A DNA stretch of 58,990 nt. Origin: Anaeromyxobacter sp. Lineage in GTDB: Bacteria > Myxococcota > Myxococcia > Myxococcales > Anaeromyxobacteraceae. Shown here one piece after another: positions 1 to 10,279 of the stretch (the first letter of the stretch is position 1; each line of letters starts with the position of its first letter). The stretch covers positions 1-58,990 of the forward strand of contig DASWCJ010000251.1 in assembly GCA_036390155.1 (NCBI GenBank). Reading direction: 5' to 3'. The notes beneath the pieces are model-generated. The model had not been told where the DNA came from. It did no database searches and worked only from the letters and a program-made list of their open reading frames with translations. Made by a program: the position numbers and the translations under genes.

Positions 1-1
1 G

Positions 2-259
2 CGCGAGCTCCGCTGGGTGCGGCCGCTCTTCTGGTACATCACGCCGGACGAGACGGCGTTCGTTCGCGGCCCTCTCGCCGCCGATCTGCGCCGCGCGGGG
101 TTCGTGGACGTGTCGATCGAGCCGTTCGACTGGCTGCACCCGAGCACGCCGCCGGCGCTCATCGCCGCGGTGCAGGGCATCGGCCGCATCCTCGAGGCGA
201 CCCCGCTCCTGCGCGAGTTCGCGGGCTCGCTCGCGATCTCCGCGCGCCGGTCGGCCTGA
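2..259 (+). CDS. C-terminal fragment of a probable class I SAM-dependent methyltransferase (truncated by window start)
   Basis: Frame is open from the window edge to TGA at 259; LRRAGFVDVSI..GSLAISARR resembles methyltransferase C-termini. Confidence 0.4.
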   Translation, partial: RELRWVRPLFWYITPDETAFVRGPLAADLRRAGFVDVSIEPFDWLHPSTPPALIAAVQGIGRILEATPLLREFAGSLAISARRSA

Positions 260-352
260 CGCCCGCAGCGCGCCGGGCGGCGTGGCGGGCGACCCCGCCC
301 CGGGAGGGCGGCGGAGCGCCGGCGATTCCTTCACGCTCCGCGCACCGAGGTC

Positions 353-381
353 TTGACGAGTGTAGGTCGTGCCGGTAAGAA
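353..381 (+). promoter_or_regulatory. sigma70-type promoter of the leu/ilv operon
   Basis: TTGACG (353-358), 17 nt spacer, TAAGAA (376-381). Confidence 0.6.
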
Positions 382-391
382 TGCCTCCCTC

Positions 392-460
392 GTGTTCTCC
401 GTACGCAGCCAGCAGCATCGACTTCTTCGCCCGGCGGGAGAGGTATCCCGGCCAGGGTAG
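392..460 (+). CDS. putative 22-aa leucine leader peptide (MFSVRSQQHRLLRPAGEVSRPG)
   Basis: GTG at 392 just after the predicted transcription start, tandem CTT CTT Leu codons at 422-427, TAG at 458-460, directly upstream of leuA. Confidence 0.5.
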   Translation: MFSVRSQQHRLLRPAGEVSRPG

Positions 461-550
461 CTGCTGCGCCGCGACCTCTTCCGCCGTAACGGCCGGAGAG
501 GTTGCCCTCGAAAAGGCGACGACAGCTCCTCCGGCCCCTCATCCAGGAGC
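392..550 (+). promoter_or_regulatory. putative leucine-responsive attenuator with alternative helices and an SD-sequestering stem
   Basis: 432-444 and 490-502 can each pair with 474-486; 491-498 pairs with 529-536; 525-530 pairs with AGGAGC 545-550. Confidence 0.6.
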
Positions 551-562
551 CGTGATCCCGCC

Positions 563-2164
563 ATGTCGACCGCCGAAAAAACCGGAAGGACCGCCGTGAC
601 CGAACCACCCCAGCAGGACCGCGTCATCATCTTCGACACCACGCTTCGCGACGGAGAGCAGTCGCCGGGCGCGTCGATGAACCTCGAGCAGAAGCTCCAG
701 GTCGCGAGCGCGCTGCGCGACCTCGGCGTGGACGTCATCGAGGCCGGCTTCGCCGCGGCCTCGCCCGGCGACCTCGAGGCGATCCAGGCGGTGGGCCGCC
801 AGATCCAGGGGCCGATCATCGCGAGCCTCTCCCGCTCCAACAAGGGCGACATCGCCGCGTCCTGGGAAGCCCTCAAGGACGCGCCCCGCAAGCGCTGCCA
901 CGTCTTCCTCGCCACCTCCCCGGTGCACCGGGACTTCAAGCTGAAGATGGCGAAGGAGGAGATCATCCGCCGCTCGGTCGAGGGCGTGAAGATGGCGCGC
1001 GAGAACTTCGAGGACGTCGAGTTCTCCGCCGAGGACTCCGCCCGCACCGAGCTCGAGTTCCTCGCCGAGGTGATCGAGCGGGCGATCGAGGCGGGCGCGG
1101 GGACCGTGAACATACCGGACACCGTCGGGTACGCGCTGCCGACCACCTACTTCGACACGATCGCCTACCTCAAGAAGCACGTCCGCGGGATCGAGAAGGC
1201 GGTCATCTCGGTCCACTGCCACAACGACCTCGGCATGGCCGTCGCGAACAGCCTCGCCGGCGTGATGGCCGGCGCGCGGCAGGTCGAGTGCACCATCAAC
1301 GGCATCGGCGAGCGGGCAGGGAACGCCTCGCTCGAGGAGGTCGTGATGGCGTTCAAGACGCGCGCCGACGTCCTCCGCGTGCGCAGCGGCGTCAAGACCC
1401 AGCGGCTCTACCCGACGAGCCGGCTCGTCGCGCAGGTCACCGGCATCAACGTGCAGCGGAACAAGGCCATCGTCGGGCAGAACGCCTTCGCCCACGAGGC
1501 CGGCATCCACCAGCACGGCATGCTCACGAACCGCGAGACCTACGAGATCATGAAGCCGGAGGAGGTCGGCTTCGCGAGCCAGCTCGTGCTCGGCAAGCAT
1601 TCCGGCCGCCACGCGCTCAAGGAGCGGCTCGTCGCCCTCGGCTACCAGCTCACCGACGCGCAGGTCGACAAGGTCTTCCAGGACTTCAAGGTCCTCGCCG
1701 ACAAGAAGAAGGACATCTACGACGCCGACATCGAGGCGCTCGTCATCCACGGGCAGATCCTCGGGAAGGGCAGCGTCGCCTGGGAGCTGGAGGCGCTCTC
1801 GACCACGTCCGGCACCGGCACGATGCCGTGCGCGTCCATCGCGCTCCGCTCCGCAGAGGGCGGCCGGATCCAGGAGGCGGCGGCCGGGGACGGCCCGGTC
1901 GACGCGGTGTTCAAGGCGATCGAGAAGATCACCGGCGTCAACGTGAAGCTGCGCGACTACCAGATCGCGAGCGTGTCGAAGGGCGAGGACGCCCAGGGCG
2001 AGGTCACGATCGAGGTCGAGCACCGCACCGGCGTCTACCGCGCCCGCGCCATCTCGACCGACATCATCGAGGGCTCCGCCCGCGCCTTCCTCGACGTGAT
2101 GAACCGGATCGCGCTGAAGGGGCCGCAGACGAAGCCCGACCTGCGCGGGGAGCCGACGCCGTGA
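563..2164 (+). CDS. leuA: 2-isopropylmalate synthase
   Basis: [28 protein letters not shown] motifs and C-terminal regulatory domain (GDGPVDA); alternative start GTG at 596. Confidence 0.97.
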   Translation: MSTAEKTGRTAVTEPPQQDRVIIFDTTLRDGEQSPGASMNLEQKLQVASALRDLGVDVIEAGFAAASPGDLEAIQAVGRQIQGPIIASLSRSNKGDIAASWEALKDAPRKRCHVFLATSPVHRDFKLKMAKEEIIRRSVEGVKMARENFEDVEFSAEDSARTELEFLAEVIERAIEAGAGTVNIPDTVGYALPTTYFDTIAYLKKHVRGIEKAVISVHCHNDLGMAVANSLAGVMAGARQVECTINGIGERAGNASLEEVVMAFKTRADVLRVRSGVKTQRLYPTSRLVAQVTGINVQRNKAIVGQNAFAHEAGIHQHGMLTNRETYEIMKPEEVGFASQLVLGKHSGRHALKERLVALGYQLTDAQVDKVFQDFKVLADKKKDIYDADIEALVIHGQILGKGSVAWELEALSTTSGTGTMPCASIALRSAEGGRIQEAAAGDGPVDAVFKAIEKITGVNVKLRDYQIASVSKGEDAQGEVTIEVEHRTGVYRARAISTDIIEGSARAFLDVMNRIALKGPQTKPDLRGEPTP

Positions 2165-3606
2165 CCGAGAAGACCGAGGGGAAGTCGCAGGGGCCGCGGA
2201 CGCTGTTCGAGAAGGTCTGGGACGCGCACGTGGTGCGCCCCGAGACCCCCGAGACGCCCGCGGTCCTCTACGTGGACCTCCACCTCATGCACGAGGTGAC
2301 GAGCCCGCAGGCGTTCTCCACGCTGCGGGAGCGGGGGGTGAAGGTCCGCCGGCCGGACCGGACGCTCGCGACGACCGATCACTCCACGCCCACCCTGCCG
2401 CGCCTGCCGGACGGCCGCTGGCCGTTCTTCGACGCGCAGAACGCGGCGCAGGTCGCGCAGATCGAGCAGAACGCGAAGGACTTCGGGATCGAGCTCCACG
2501 GGCTCGGCGACCCGCAGCAGGGCGTCGTGCACGTCTTCGGCCCGGAGATGGGCGCGACCCAGCCCGGGATGACGGTCGTCTGCGGCGACAGCCACACCGC
2601 TACGCACGGCGCCTTCGGCGCGCTCGCCTTCGGGATCGGCACCTCCGAGGTCGGGCACGTCCTCGCGACCCAGTGCCTCCTCCAGCGGAAGGCGCGCTCG
2701 CTCGCGATCCGCGTCGAGGGGAGCCTCGCGAAGGGCGTCTCCGCGAAGGACCTCGTCCTCGCGATCATCGCCCAGATCGGCGTCGGCGGCGGCACCGGCC
2801 ACGTGATGGAGTTCGTGGGGCCGGCGGTCCGCGGGCTCACGATGGAGGGCCGCATGACCCTCTGCAACATGGCGATCGAGGGCGGGGCCCGCGCCGGGCT
2901 CGTCGCGCCCGACGACGCGACGTTCCAGTGGCTCGCCGGGAAGCCGCGCGCGCCCAAGGGCGCGGCCTGGGACGCGGCGGTCGCGCAGTGGCGGAAGCTC
3001 CCCTCCGACGCGGGCGCCCGCTACGACCGCGAGGTGACGGTGGACGTCTCGCGCCTCGAGCCGATGATCACCTTCGGCACGAACCCCGCGCAGGGGATCC
3101 CGGTCACCGGCGTCATCCCCGATCCGGCCGCGGCGAAGGACGCGGCGGCGCGCGCGACGCTGGAGGGGGCGCTCCGCTACATGGCGCTCGCGCCCGGCAA
3201 GCCCATCCTCGGGCAGAAGGTCGACGTGGTGTTCGTCGGCTCCTGCACGAACGGGCGGCTCGAGGACCTCCGCGAGGCGGCCCGGGTGATGAAGGGGCGC
3301 AAGGTGCGGACCCGCACCCTCGTCGTGGCGGGCTCGCACGCGGTGAAGAAGGCGGCCGAGGCCGAGGGGCTCGACCGGATCTTCAAGGACGCGGGGGCGG
3401 AGTGGCGCGAGCCGGGCTGCTCCATGTGCCTCGCGATGAACGGGGACATGCTCCAGCCCGGGCAGTACTGCGTGTCGACGTCGAACCGGAACTTCGAGGG
3501 GCGCCAGGGGCCCGGCGGGCGGACGTTGCTCGCGAGCCCGGCGACCGCGGCCGCCGCGGCGGTCTCGGGCGCGGTGGCCGATCCCCGCCGACTGGTGGAG
3601 GGCTAG
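2161..3606 (+). CDS. leuC: 3-isopropylmalate dehydratase large subunit
   Basis: [46 protein letters not shown] overlap with the leuA stop. Confidence 0.97.
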   Translation: MTEKTEGKSQGPRTLFEKVWDAHVVRPETPETPAVLYVDLHLMHEVTSPQAFSTLRERGVKVRRPDRTLATTDHSTPTLPRLPDGRWPFFDAQNAAQVAQIEQNAKDFGIELHGLGDPQQGVVHVFGPEMGATQPGMTVVCGDSHTATHGAFGALAFGIGTSEVGHVLATQCLLQRKARSLAIRVEGSLAKGVSAKDLVLAIIAQIGVGGGTGHVMEFVGPAVRGLTMEGRMTLCNMAIEGGARAGLVAPDDATFQWLAGKPRAPKGAAWDAAVAQWRKLPSDAGARYDREVTVDVSRLEPMITFGTNPAQGIPVTGVIPDPAAAKDAAARATLEGALRYMALAPGKPILGQKVDVVFVGSCTNGRLEDLREAARVMKGRKVRTRTLVVAGSHAVKKAAEAEGLDRIFKDAGAEWREPGCSMCLAMNGDMLQPGQYCVSTSNRNFEGRQGPGGRTLLASPATAAAAAVSGAVADPRRLVEG

Positions 3607-3609
3607 GAC

Positions 3610-4185
3610 ATGGATCCGATCAAGGTCATCGAGAGCTGCACCGTCGTCCTCCCGCGCGAGAACATCGACACCGACCAGATCATCCCGGGTCGCTTCCTGA
3701 AGGTGACGGACAAGCAGGGGCTCGGGAAGGGGCTCTTCTGCGACTGGCGCTTCGAGAAGGACGGGACGACCCCGAAGGCCGACTTCGTGCTCAACCGGCC
3801 GGAGGCGAAGGGCTGCGCGATCCTCGTCGCGGGCGACAACTTCGGCTGCGGCTCCTCCCGCGAGCACGCCCCGTGGGCCCTCACGGATTACGGCTTCCGC
3901 GCCGTGATCTCGACGCGCATCGCGGACATCTTCCGCAACAACGCGCTCAAGAACGGCCTCGTGCCGATCGTCCTCGATCCGGTCGCCCACGCGAAGCTCG
4001 TCGCCGCCCCCGGCGCGAGCGTACGCGTGGACCTCGGCACGCAGACGGTCACGCTGCCGGACGGGAGCGCCGCGTCGTTCCCGATCGACGGCTTCTCGAA
4101 GTACTGCCTCATGAACGGCGTCGACGAGCTCGGGTTCCTGCTCTCGCAGGAAGAGGCGATCGCGACGTTCGAGGCGCAGCGCTGA
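3610..4185 (+). CDS. leuD: 3-isopropylmalate dehydratase small subunit
   Basis: [24 protein letters not shown]. Confidence 0.97.
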   Translation: MDPIKVIESCTVVLPRENIDTDQIIPGRFLKVTDKQGLGKGLFCDWRFEKDGTTPKADFVLNRPEAKGCAILVAGDNFGCGSSREHAPWALTDYGFRAVISTRIADIFRNNALKNGLVPIVLDPVAHAKLVAAPGASVRVDLGTQTVTLPDGSAASFPIDGFSKYCLMNGVDELGFLLSQEEAIATFEAQR

Positions 4186-4202
4186 GCGGTAGGGAGGAAG
4201 AC

Positions 4203-5918
4203 ATGGCCAAGGAGAAGATCACCGGCGCGATGGCGGTGCGCAGGGCGCTCGAGGCCGAGGGGGTCGAGTACCTCTTCGGCATGCCCGGCGGCACCATCCT
4301 GCCGCTCTACGACGCGCTGTACGGGGTGGACAAGCCGAAGACCGTGCTCGTCCGGCACGAGCAGGTCGGCGGCCACGCCGCGGAGGGCTTCGCGCACGCG
4401 ACCGGGAAGGTCGGCGTCTGCATGGGGACCTCCGGCCCCGGCGCGACGAACCTCGTGACCGCGATCGCCGACGCGTACATGGACTCGGTCCCGCTCGTCG
4501 CGATCACCGCCAACGTGTCGCGGGCGCTCATCGGCACGGACGCCTTCCAGGAGGCGGACATCACCGGCATCACCATGCCGATCACGAAGCACAACTGGCT
4601 CGTCACCGAGCCGCAGGACGTCCCGCGCGTCATGAAGGAGGCGTTCTACGTCGCGCGGACCGGGCGGCCCGGGCCGGTGCTGGTGGACATCCCGAAGGAC
4701 GTCCTGCAGGCCGAGATCGAGTGGGACGGCTATCCCCAGACGGTGGACATCCCGGGCTACCACCCGCCGGTCCGGGAGGAGCCGCGGCTGAAGGACGCGG
4801 CGCTCCTCGTCCGCAGCGCGACCCGGCCCGTGATCTACCTCGGCGGCGGCGTGCGGGTCTCCAACGCGCACAAGGAGGTCGCGCAGTTCTGCGAGCTCGT
4901 CGGCGCGCCGGTGGTGACCACCCTCCACGGCAAGGGGGCGTTCCCCGAGACGAGCAAGCAGTGCCTCGGCATGTTCGGGATGCACGGCTCGCGCTTCGCG
5001 AACTACACGGTGCAGAACGCGGACCTCATCGTCGCGCTCGGCGCGCGGTTCGACGATCGCGTCACGGGCAAGCTCGCGACGTTCGCGCCGGAGGCGAAGA
5101 TCGTCCACCTCGACATCGACCCGGCGGAGATCTCGAAGCTCGTCACCGCCACGGTCCCGCTCGTCGGCGACCTGAAGCGGCTCCTCCCGCAGCTCACCGA
5201 GGAGGTCCGCCGCGCCTTCGGCGATCACGCGAAGCCCGACCTCTCCGCCTGGTGGAGGAAGGTGGACGACTGGCGGGAGAAGCACCCGCTCAAGTACCAG
5301 CAGGAGGGGCAGGCCCAGCTGCTGCCGCAGTACGTGATCGACCGGCTCTGGCAGAAGACCGGCGGGAAAGCGATCGTCACGACCGGCGTCGGCGAGCACC
5401 AGATGTTCGCCGCGCAGTGGTGGCGGACCTCCGAGCCGCGCCAGTTCATCACCTCGGGCGGCCTCGGCACGATGGGCTTCTGCCTGCCGTCCGCGATCGG
5501 GATCCAGCTCGGCCGGCCCGGCGAGCTCGTGATCGGGATCGACGGCGACGGCTCGTTCCAGATGACGCTGCAGGACCTCGCGACCGCGGTGGACCTCGCG
5601 CTGCCGATCAAGATCTTCGTCCTGAACAACCTGTTCCTCGGGATGGTCCGGCAGTGGCAGGAGCTGTTCTACGACCGGCGGTTCGCGGAGACGCCGCTCA
5701 GCGACCGGCCGAACCTCGTGAAGCTCGCCGACGCGTACGGCTGCCTCGGGCTCCGGGCGGAGACCCCGGCCGAGCTCGACGCCGTCATCGACCGCGCGCT
5801 CGCGAACGACCAGGGGCCGACGATCGTGGACGTGCGCGTGCGCCGGGAGGAGAAGGTCTACCCGATGGTGCCGGCGGGCGCGCCCCTCCATGACATGATC
5901 GACGGCGGAGGAGACTAA
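4203..5918 (+). CDS. ilvB: acetolactate synthase large subunit
   Basis: RHEQ, TSGPGATN, DAFQE, ThDP motif GDGSF..NN, GMVRQWQ; SD GGAGG upstream. Confidence 0.95.
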   Translation: MAKEKITGAMAVRRALEAEGVEYLFGMPGGTILPLYDALYGVDKPKTVLVRHEQVGGHAAEGFAHATGKVGVCMGTSGPGATNLVTAIADAYMDSVPLVAITANVSRALIGTDAFQEADITGITMPITKHNWLVTEPQDVPRVMKEAFYVARTGRPGPVLVDIPKDVLQAEIEWDGYPQTVDIPGYHPPVREEPRLKDAALLVRSATRPVIYLGGGVRVSNAHKEVAQFCELVGAPVVTTLHGKGAFPETSKQCLGMFGMHGSRFANYTVQNADLIVALGARFDDRVTGKLATFAPEAKIVHLDIDPAEISKLVTATVPLVGDLKRLLPQLTEEVRRAFGDHAKPDLSAWWRKVDDWREKHPLKYQQEGQAQLLPQYVIDRLWQKTGGKAIVTTGVGEHQMFAAQWWRTSEPRQFITSGGLGTMGFCLPSAIGIQLGRPGELVIGIDGDGSFQMTLQDLATAVDLALPIKIFVLNNLFLGMVRQWQELFYDRRFAETPLSDRPNLVKLADAYGCLGLRAETPAELDAVIDRALANDQGPTIVDVRVRREEKVYPMVPAGAPLHDMIDGGGD

Positions 5919-5920
5919 CC

Positions 5921-6454
5921 GTGGAAAAGAACGAAGAGCGCCCGAGCCATTCCGTCCACACGATCAGCCTCCTCGTCGAGAACAAGCCCGGCGTGCTGCA
6001 CCGCATCGCGGGCCTCTTCTCGCGCCGCGGCTACAACATCGCGAGCCTCACCGTCGGCCCGACCGAGCGGCCCGACAACTCGCGCATGACCATCGTGGTC
6101 CGGCTGTCGTCGAAGCCGGTCGAGCAGGTCGTGCGGCAGGTGCAGAAGCTCGTCCCCGTCGTGGAGGTCCGGGAGCTCTCGGCACAGGACCTCATCGAGC
6201 GCGAGCTCATGCTCGTGAAGATCCGGACCCCGGAGCGGAACCACGCCGAGCTCCGGGCGCTCGCCGAGACGTACGAGGCGACGATCGTGGACGTCTCGCC
6301 CGACGCGCTCGTCGTCGAGGCGAGCGGCACGGCCGGGAAGCTGGACGCGCTGGAGGAGCGGCTTCGCCCCTTCGGCATCCAGGAGCTGTGCCGCTCCGGG
6401 CGCATCGCGCTCGAGCGCGGCTTCAAGACGCTGGCCCCCCCGAACCTCAAGTAG
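5921..6454 (+). CDS. ilvN: acetolactate synthase small regulatory subunit
   Basis: ACT domain LVENKPGVLHRIAGLFSRRGYNIASL and ERELMLVK. Confidence 0.95.
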   Translation: MEKNEERPSHSVHTISLLVENKPGVLHRIAGLFSRRGYNIASLTVGPTERPDNSRMTIVVRLSSKPVEQVVRQVQKLVPVVEVRELSAQDLIERELMLVKIRTPERNHAELRALAETYEATIVDVSPDALVVEASGTAGKLDALEERLRPFGIQELCRSGRIALERGFKTLAPPNLK

Positions 6455-6478
6455 AACTCTGAGCAGGAGACGAACGAA

Positions 6479-7507
6479 ATGGCTGCGACGATCTATTACG
6501 ACAAGGACGCGAACCTCGACCTCCTCAAGAAGCGGAAGGTCGCCATCGTGGGCTACGGCTCGCAGGGCCACGCCCACGCGCTGAACCTGCGCGACTCGGG
6601 GGTCGACGTGCGGGTGGGCCTCGCGGCCGGCTCGAAGTCCAAGGCCAAGGCGGAGGGGGCGGGGCTCCGCGTCCTCTCCGTCGCCGACGCGGCGAAGGAG
6701 GCCGACGTCGTCATGGTCCTCATCCCGGACCAGACGCAGAAGAAGGTCTACGACGCCGAGATCGCGCCGCACATGACGAAGGGGAAGGCGCTCCTCTTCG
6801 CGCACGGCTTCAACATCCACTTCGGGCAGATCCGGCCGGCCGCCGACGTGGACGTCCTCCTCGTCGCCCCGAAGGGGCCGGGCCACATGGTCCGCCGGCA
6901 GTACCAGGATGGCCGCGGCATCCCCGGGCTCGTCGCCGTCCACCAGGACGCGACCGGCCAGGCGAAGCAGGTCGGCCTCGCGTACGCGCGCGGGATCGGC
7001 TGCACCCGCGCCGGCACGCTCGAGACGACCTTCAAGGAGGAGACCGAGACCGACCTCTTCGGTGAGCAGGCGGTCCTCTGCGGCGGCGCCTCCGCCCTCG
7101 TGAAGGCGGGCTTCGAGGTGCTCGTCGAGGCCGGGTACCAGCCGGAGAGCGCCTACTTCGAGTGCCTCCACGAGCTGAAGCTCATCGTCGACCTCATGTA
7201 CGAGGGCGGCCTCGCCTGGATGCGTCACTCCATCTCGGACACCGCGGAGTACGGCGACTACACCCGCGGCCCGCGGATCGTGAACTCCCAGACCAAGGAC
7301 GAGATGCGGAAGATCCTCAAGGAGATCCAGAGCGGCCAGTTCGCGAAGGAGTTCATCATCGAGAACCAGGTCGGGCAGCCGACCTTCTCCAAGTACCGCG
7401 AGACCGAGGCGGCTCACCCCATCGAGCAGGTCGGAAAGCGCCTGCGCGACATGATGAGCTGGATCCGCGAGGCCAAGAAGGACTCGTCGGATCCGAACGC
7501 CCGGTAG
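6479..7507 (+). CDS. ilvC: ketol-acid reductoisomerase
   Basis: [42 protein letters not shown]. Confidence 0.98.
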   Translation: MAATIYYDKDANLDLLKKRKVAIVGYGSQGHAHALNLRDSGVDVRVGLAAGSKSKAKAEGAGLRVLSVADAAKEADVVMVLIPDQTQKKVYDAEIAPHMTKGKALLFAHGFNIHFGQIRPAADVDVLLVAPKGPGHMVRRQYQDGRGIPGLVAVHQDATGQAKQVGLAYARGIGCTRAGTLETTFKEETETDLFGEQAVLCGGASALVKAGFEVLVEAGYQPESAYFECLHELKLIVDLMYEGGLAWMRHSISDTAEYGDYTRGPRIVNSQTKDEMRKILKEIQSGQFAKEFIIENQVGQPTFSKYRETEAAHPIEQVGKRLRDMMSWIREAKKDSSDPNAR

Positions 7508-7528
7508 CCACGCTCCGAGGCGAACGCA

Positions 7529-7610
7529 GGGCCAGCCGGACGAGGCTGGCCCGGAGTGACGGGGGATCGGGGGGGCGAGCTCCGCGAAGGCGGAGCGAGG
7601 GTTTCCCCGT
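7529..7610. other. GC-rich double-hairpin intergenic structure
   Basis: GGGCCAGCC/GGCTGGCCC (7529-7552); GCTCCGC-GAAG-GCGGAGC (7579-7596) nested in ACGGGGGA/TTCCCCGT. Confidence 0.55.
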
Positions 7611-7615
7611 TCTCG

Positions 7616-7643
7616 TTGACTTCCCGAGCGAAATCCTTATCCT
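7616..7643 (+). promoter_or_regulatory. sigma70-type promoter of infC
   Basis: TTGACT, 16 nt spacer, TATCCT. Confidence 0.6.
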
Positions 7644-7673
7644 ACGCTGTCTTTTTTCCGGGTCCGGAGGAGC

Positions 7674-8429
7674 ATGGCCATCCAGCAGAGAGATCCCCGA
7701 GGCGGCGGCGGCAATCGCGACGCGCGCACCAACCGACGCATCAAGGCGCGGGAGGTGCGGCTCGTCGGAGTCGAAGGCGAGCAGCTCGGGGTCCTTCCGG
7801 TCGAGCAGGCATTGGCGAAGGCCCAGGAGCTGGGCCTCGACCTCGTCGAGGTCTCGCCCATGGCGAAGCCTCCCGTCTGCAAGATCATGGACTACGGGAA
7901 GTTCAAGTACCTCGAGAAGAAGAAGCAGAACGAGGCGAAGAAGAAGCAGGTCGTCGTCCTGCTCAAGGAGGTGAAGCTCCGCCCGCGCACCGAGGAGCAC
8001 GACTACGCGACCAAGATCAAGAAGGTCCGCGAGTTCCTCGAGGAGTCGAACAAGGCGCGCATCACGGTGATGTTCCGCGGTCGCGAGATGTCGCACCGCG
8101 AGCTCGGCCAGAAGGTGCTCACGCGGGTCATCGAGGATCTGCGCGACGTCGCGGTGATCGAGTCGGCGCCCCGGATGGAAGGGCGCCAGATGTTCATGAT
8201 CCTCGCGCCCAACCCGAAGGTGCTGCAGTCGCAGCGCGACCGCGCGCGCGCGCAGGCGGCGCAGGCGGCGCAGGCGGCGCAGGCCGCCTCGGCCCAGGCC
8301 GCCGCGCCTGCCGCTCCCGGCGCCGAGCCGGCCCCGGCCTCCACTTCCGCTTCCGCGGAGGCGCCCGCCGCCCAGCCTCCCGCTGTCGCCGCGGCGCCGC
8401 AGCCGCAGAACCCCGCGGGCCCCCGGTAG
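7674..8429 (+). CDS. infC: translation initiation factor IF-3 with Ala/Pro-rich C-terminal extension (Dsg-type); true start may be ATC at 7680
   Basis: NRRIKAREVRLV, PPVCKIMDYGKFKY, KEVKLRP, FRGRE motifs. Confidence 0.97.
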   Translation: MAIQQRDPRGGGGNRDARTNRRIKAREVRLVGVEGEQLGVLPVEQALAKAQELGLDLVEVSPMAKPPVCKIMDYGKFKYLEKKKQNEAKKKQVVVLLKEVKLRPRTEEHDYATKIKKVREFLEESNKARITVMFRGREMSHRELGQKVLTRVIEDLRDVAVIESAPRMEGRQMFMILAPNPKVLQSQRDRARAQAAQAAQAAQAASAQAAAPAAPGAEPAPASTSASAEAPAAQPPAVAAAPQPQNPAGPR

Positions 8430-8467
8430 TCCGGGACCGCCCACCCACCCGAAGGAAGAAGAGCGAC

Positions 8468-8671
8468 ATGCCCAAGCTGAAGACGAAGAGCGGCGCGAAG
8501 AAGCGCTTCCACCCGAAGAAGAGCGGCGCGGTGAAGTTCCGCCGCGCCGGCGTCCGCCACCTCGCGACGTTCGGCAAGACGAAGAAGCAGCGGGTCGGCC
8601 TCCGCGGCACCGGCCACCTCACGTCGGAGGACGCGAAGAAGATCAAGCAGTGCTTCCCGTACGCCCGGTAG
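8468..8671 (+). CDS. rpmI: 50S ribosomal protein L35
   Basis: MPKLKTKSGAKKRF; position between infC and rplT. Confidence 0.95.
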   Translation: MPKLKTKSGAKKRFHPKKSGAVKFRRAGVRHLATFGKTKKQRVGLRGTGHLTSEDAKKIKQCFPYAR

Positions 8672-8801
8672 CCCAAGACGGGCTCGGCCGCACGGAAGCA
8701 CGTAGCTTTTCACCATGGCGCCCAAGCGGGGCCCCGAAGCGCGAGCGGCCTGTCACCGTCGGTGACGGGTCGCGCCGCCTCCCGCCGGCGAGGAGAAGAA
8801 G

Positions 8802-9146
8802 ATGCGCGTCAAGAAGGGTTTCAAGGCTCGTCGTCGTCGTAACCGCGTCCTCAAGCTCGCGAAGGGCTTCCGCGGCCGGCGCAAGAACTGCTACAAGCGC
8901 GCGAATCAGGCGGTGGAGCGCGCCCTCAACTACTCCACCCGCGATCGCCGCCAGAAGCGGCGCGACTTCCGCGCCCTCTGGATCGTCCGCATCAACGCGG
9001 CCGCTCGCCAGAACGGGACGACCTACTCGAAGCTCGTCGCGGGACTGAAGAAGGCCGGCGTCGCGCTCGACCGGAAGATCCTCGCGGACCTCGCGCTCGC
9101 GATCCCGGGCGACTTCGCCGCGATCGTCAAGGTCGCGACGGCCTAG
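8802..9146 (+). CDS. rplT: 50S ribosomal protein L20
   Basis: [30 protein letters not shown]. Confidence 0.97.
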   Translation: MRVKKGFKARRRRNRVLKLAKGFRGRRKNCYKRANQAVERALNYSTRDRRQKRRDFRALWIVRINAAARQNGTTYSKLVAGLKKAGVALDRKILADLALAIPGDFAAIVKVATA

Positions 9147-9181
9147 GCGGGGGGCGGGCCCGGTGAGGGCCCGCGCGAAGG

Positions 9182-10261
<1,080 letters not shown>

Positions 10262-10279
10262 CCCGTCGGGCAGGGGCCC

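Noticed and set aside
392..565. Leader ORF is in frame with leuA across a single TAG (458-460), suggesting readthrough or pyrrolysine
   Set aside because: LeuA is complete without the extension, the intervening codons are atypical, no pyl genes are visible, and being in frame has a one-in-three chance.
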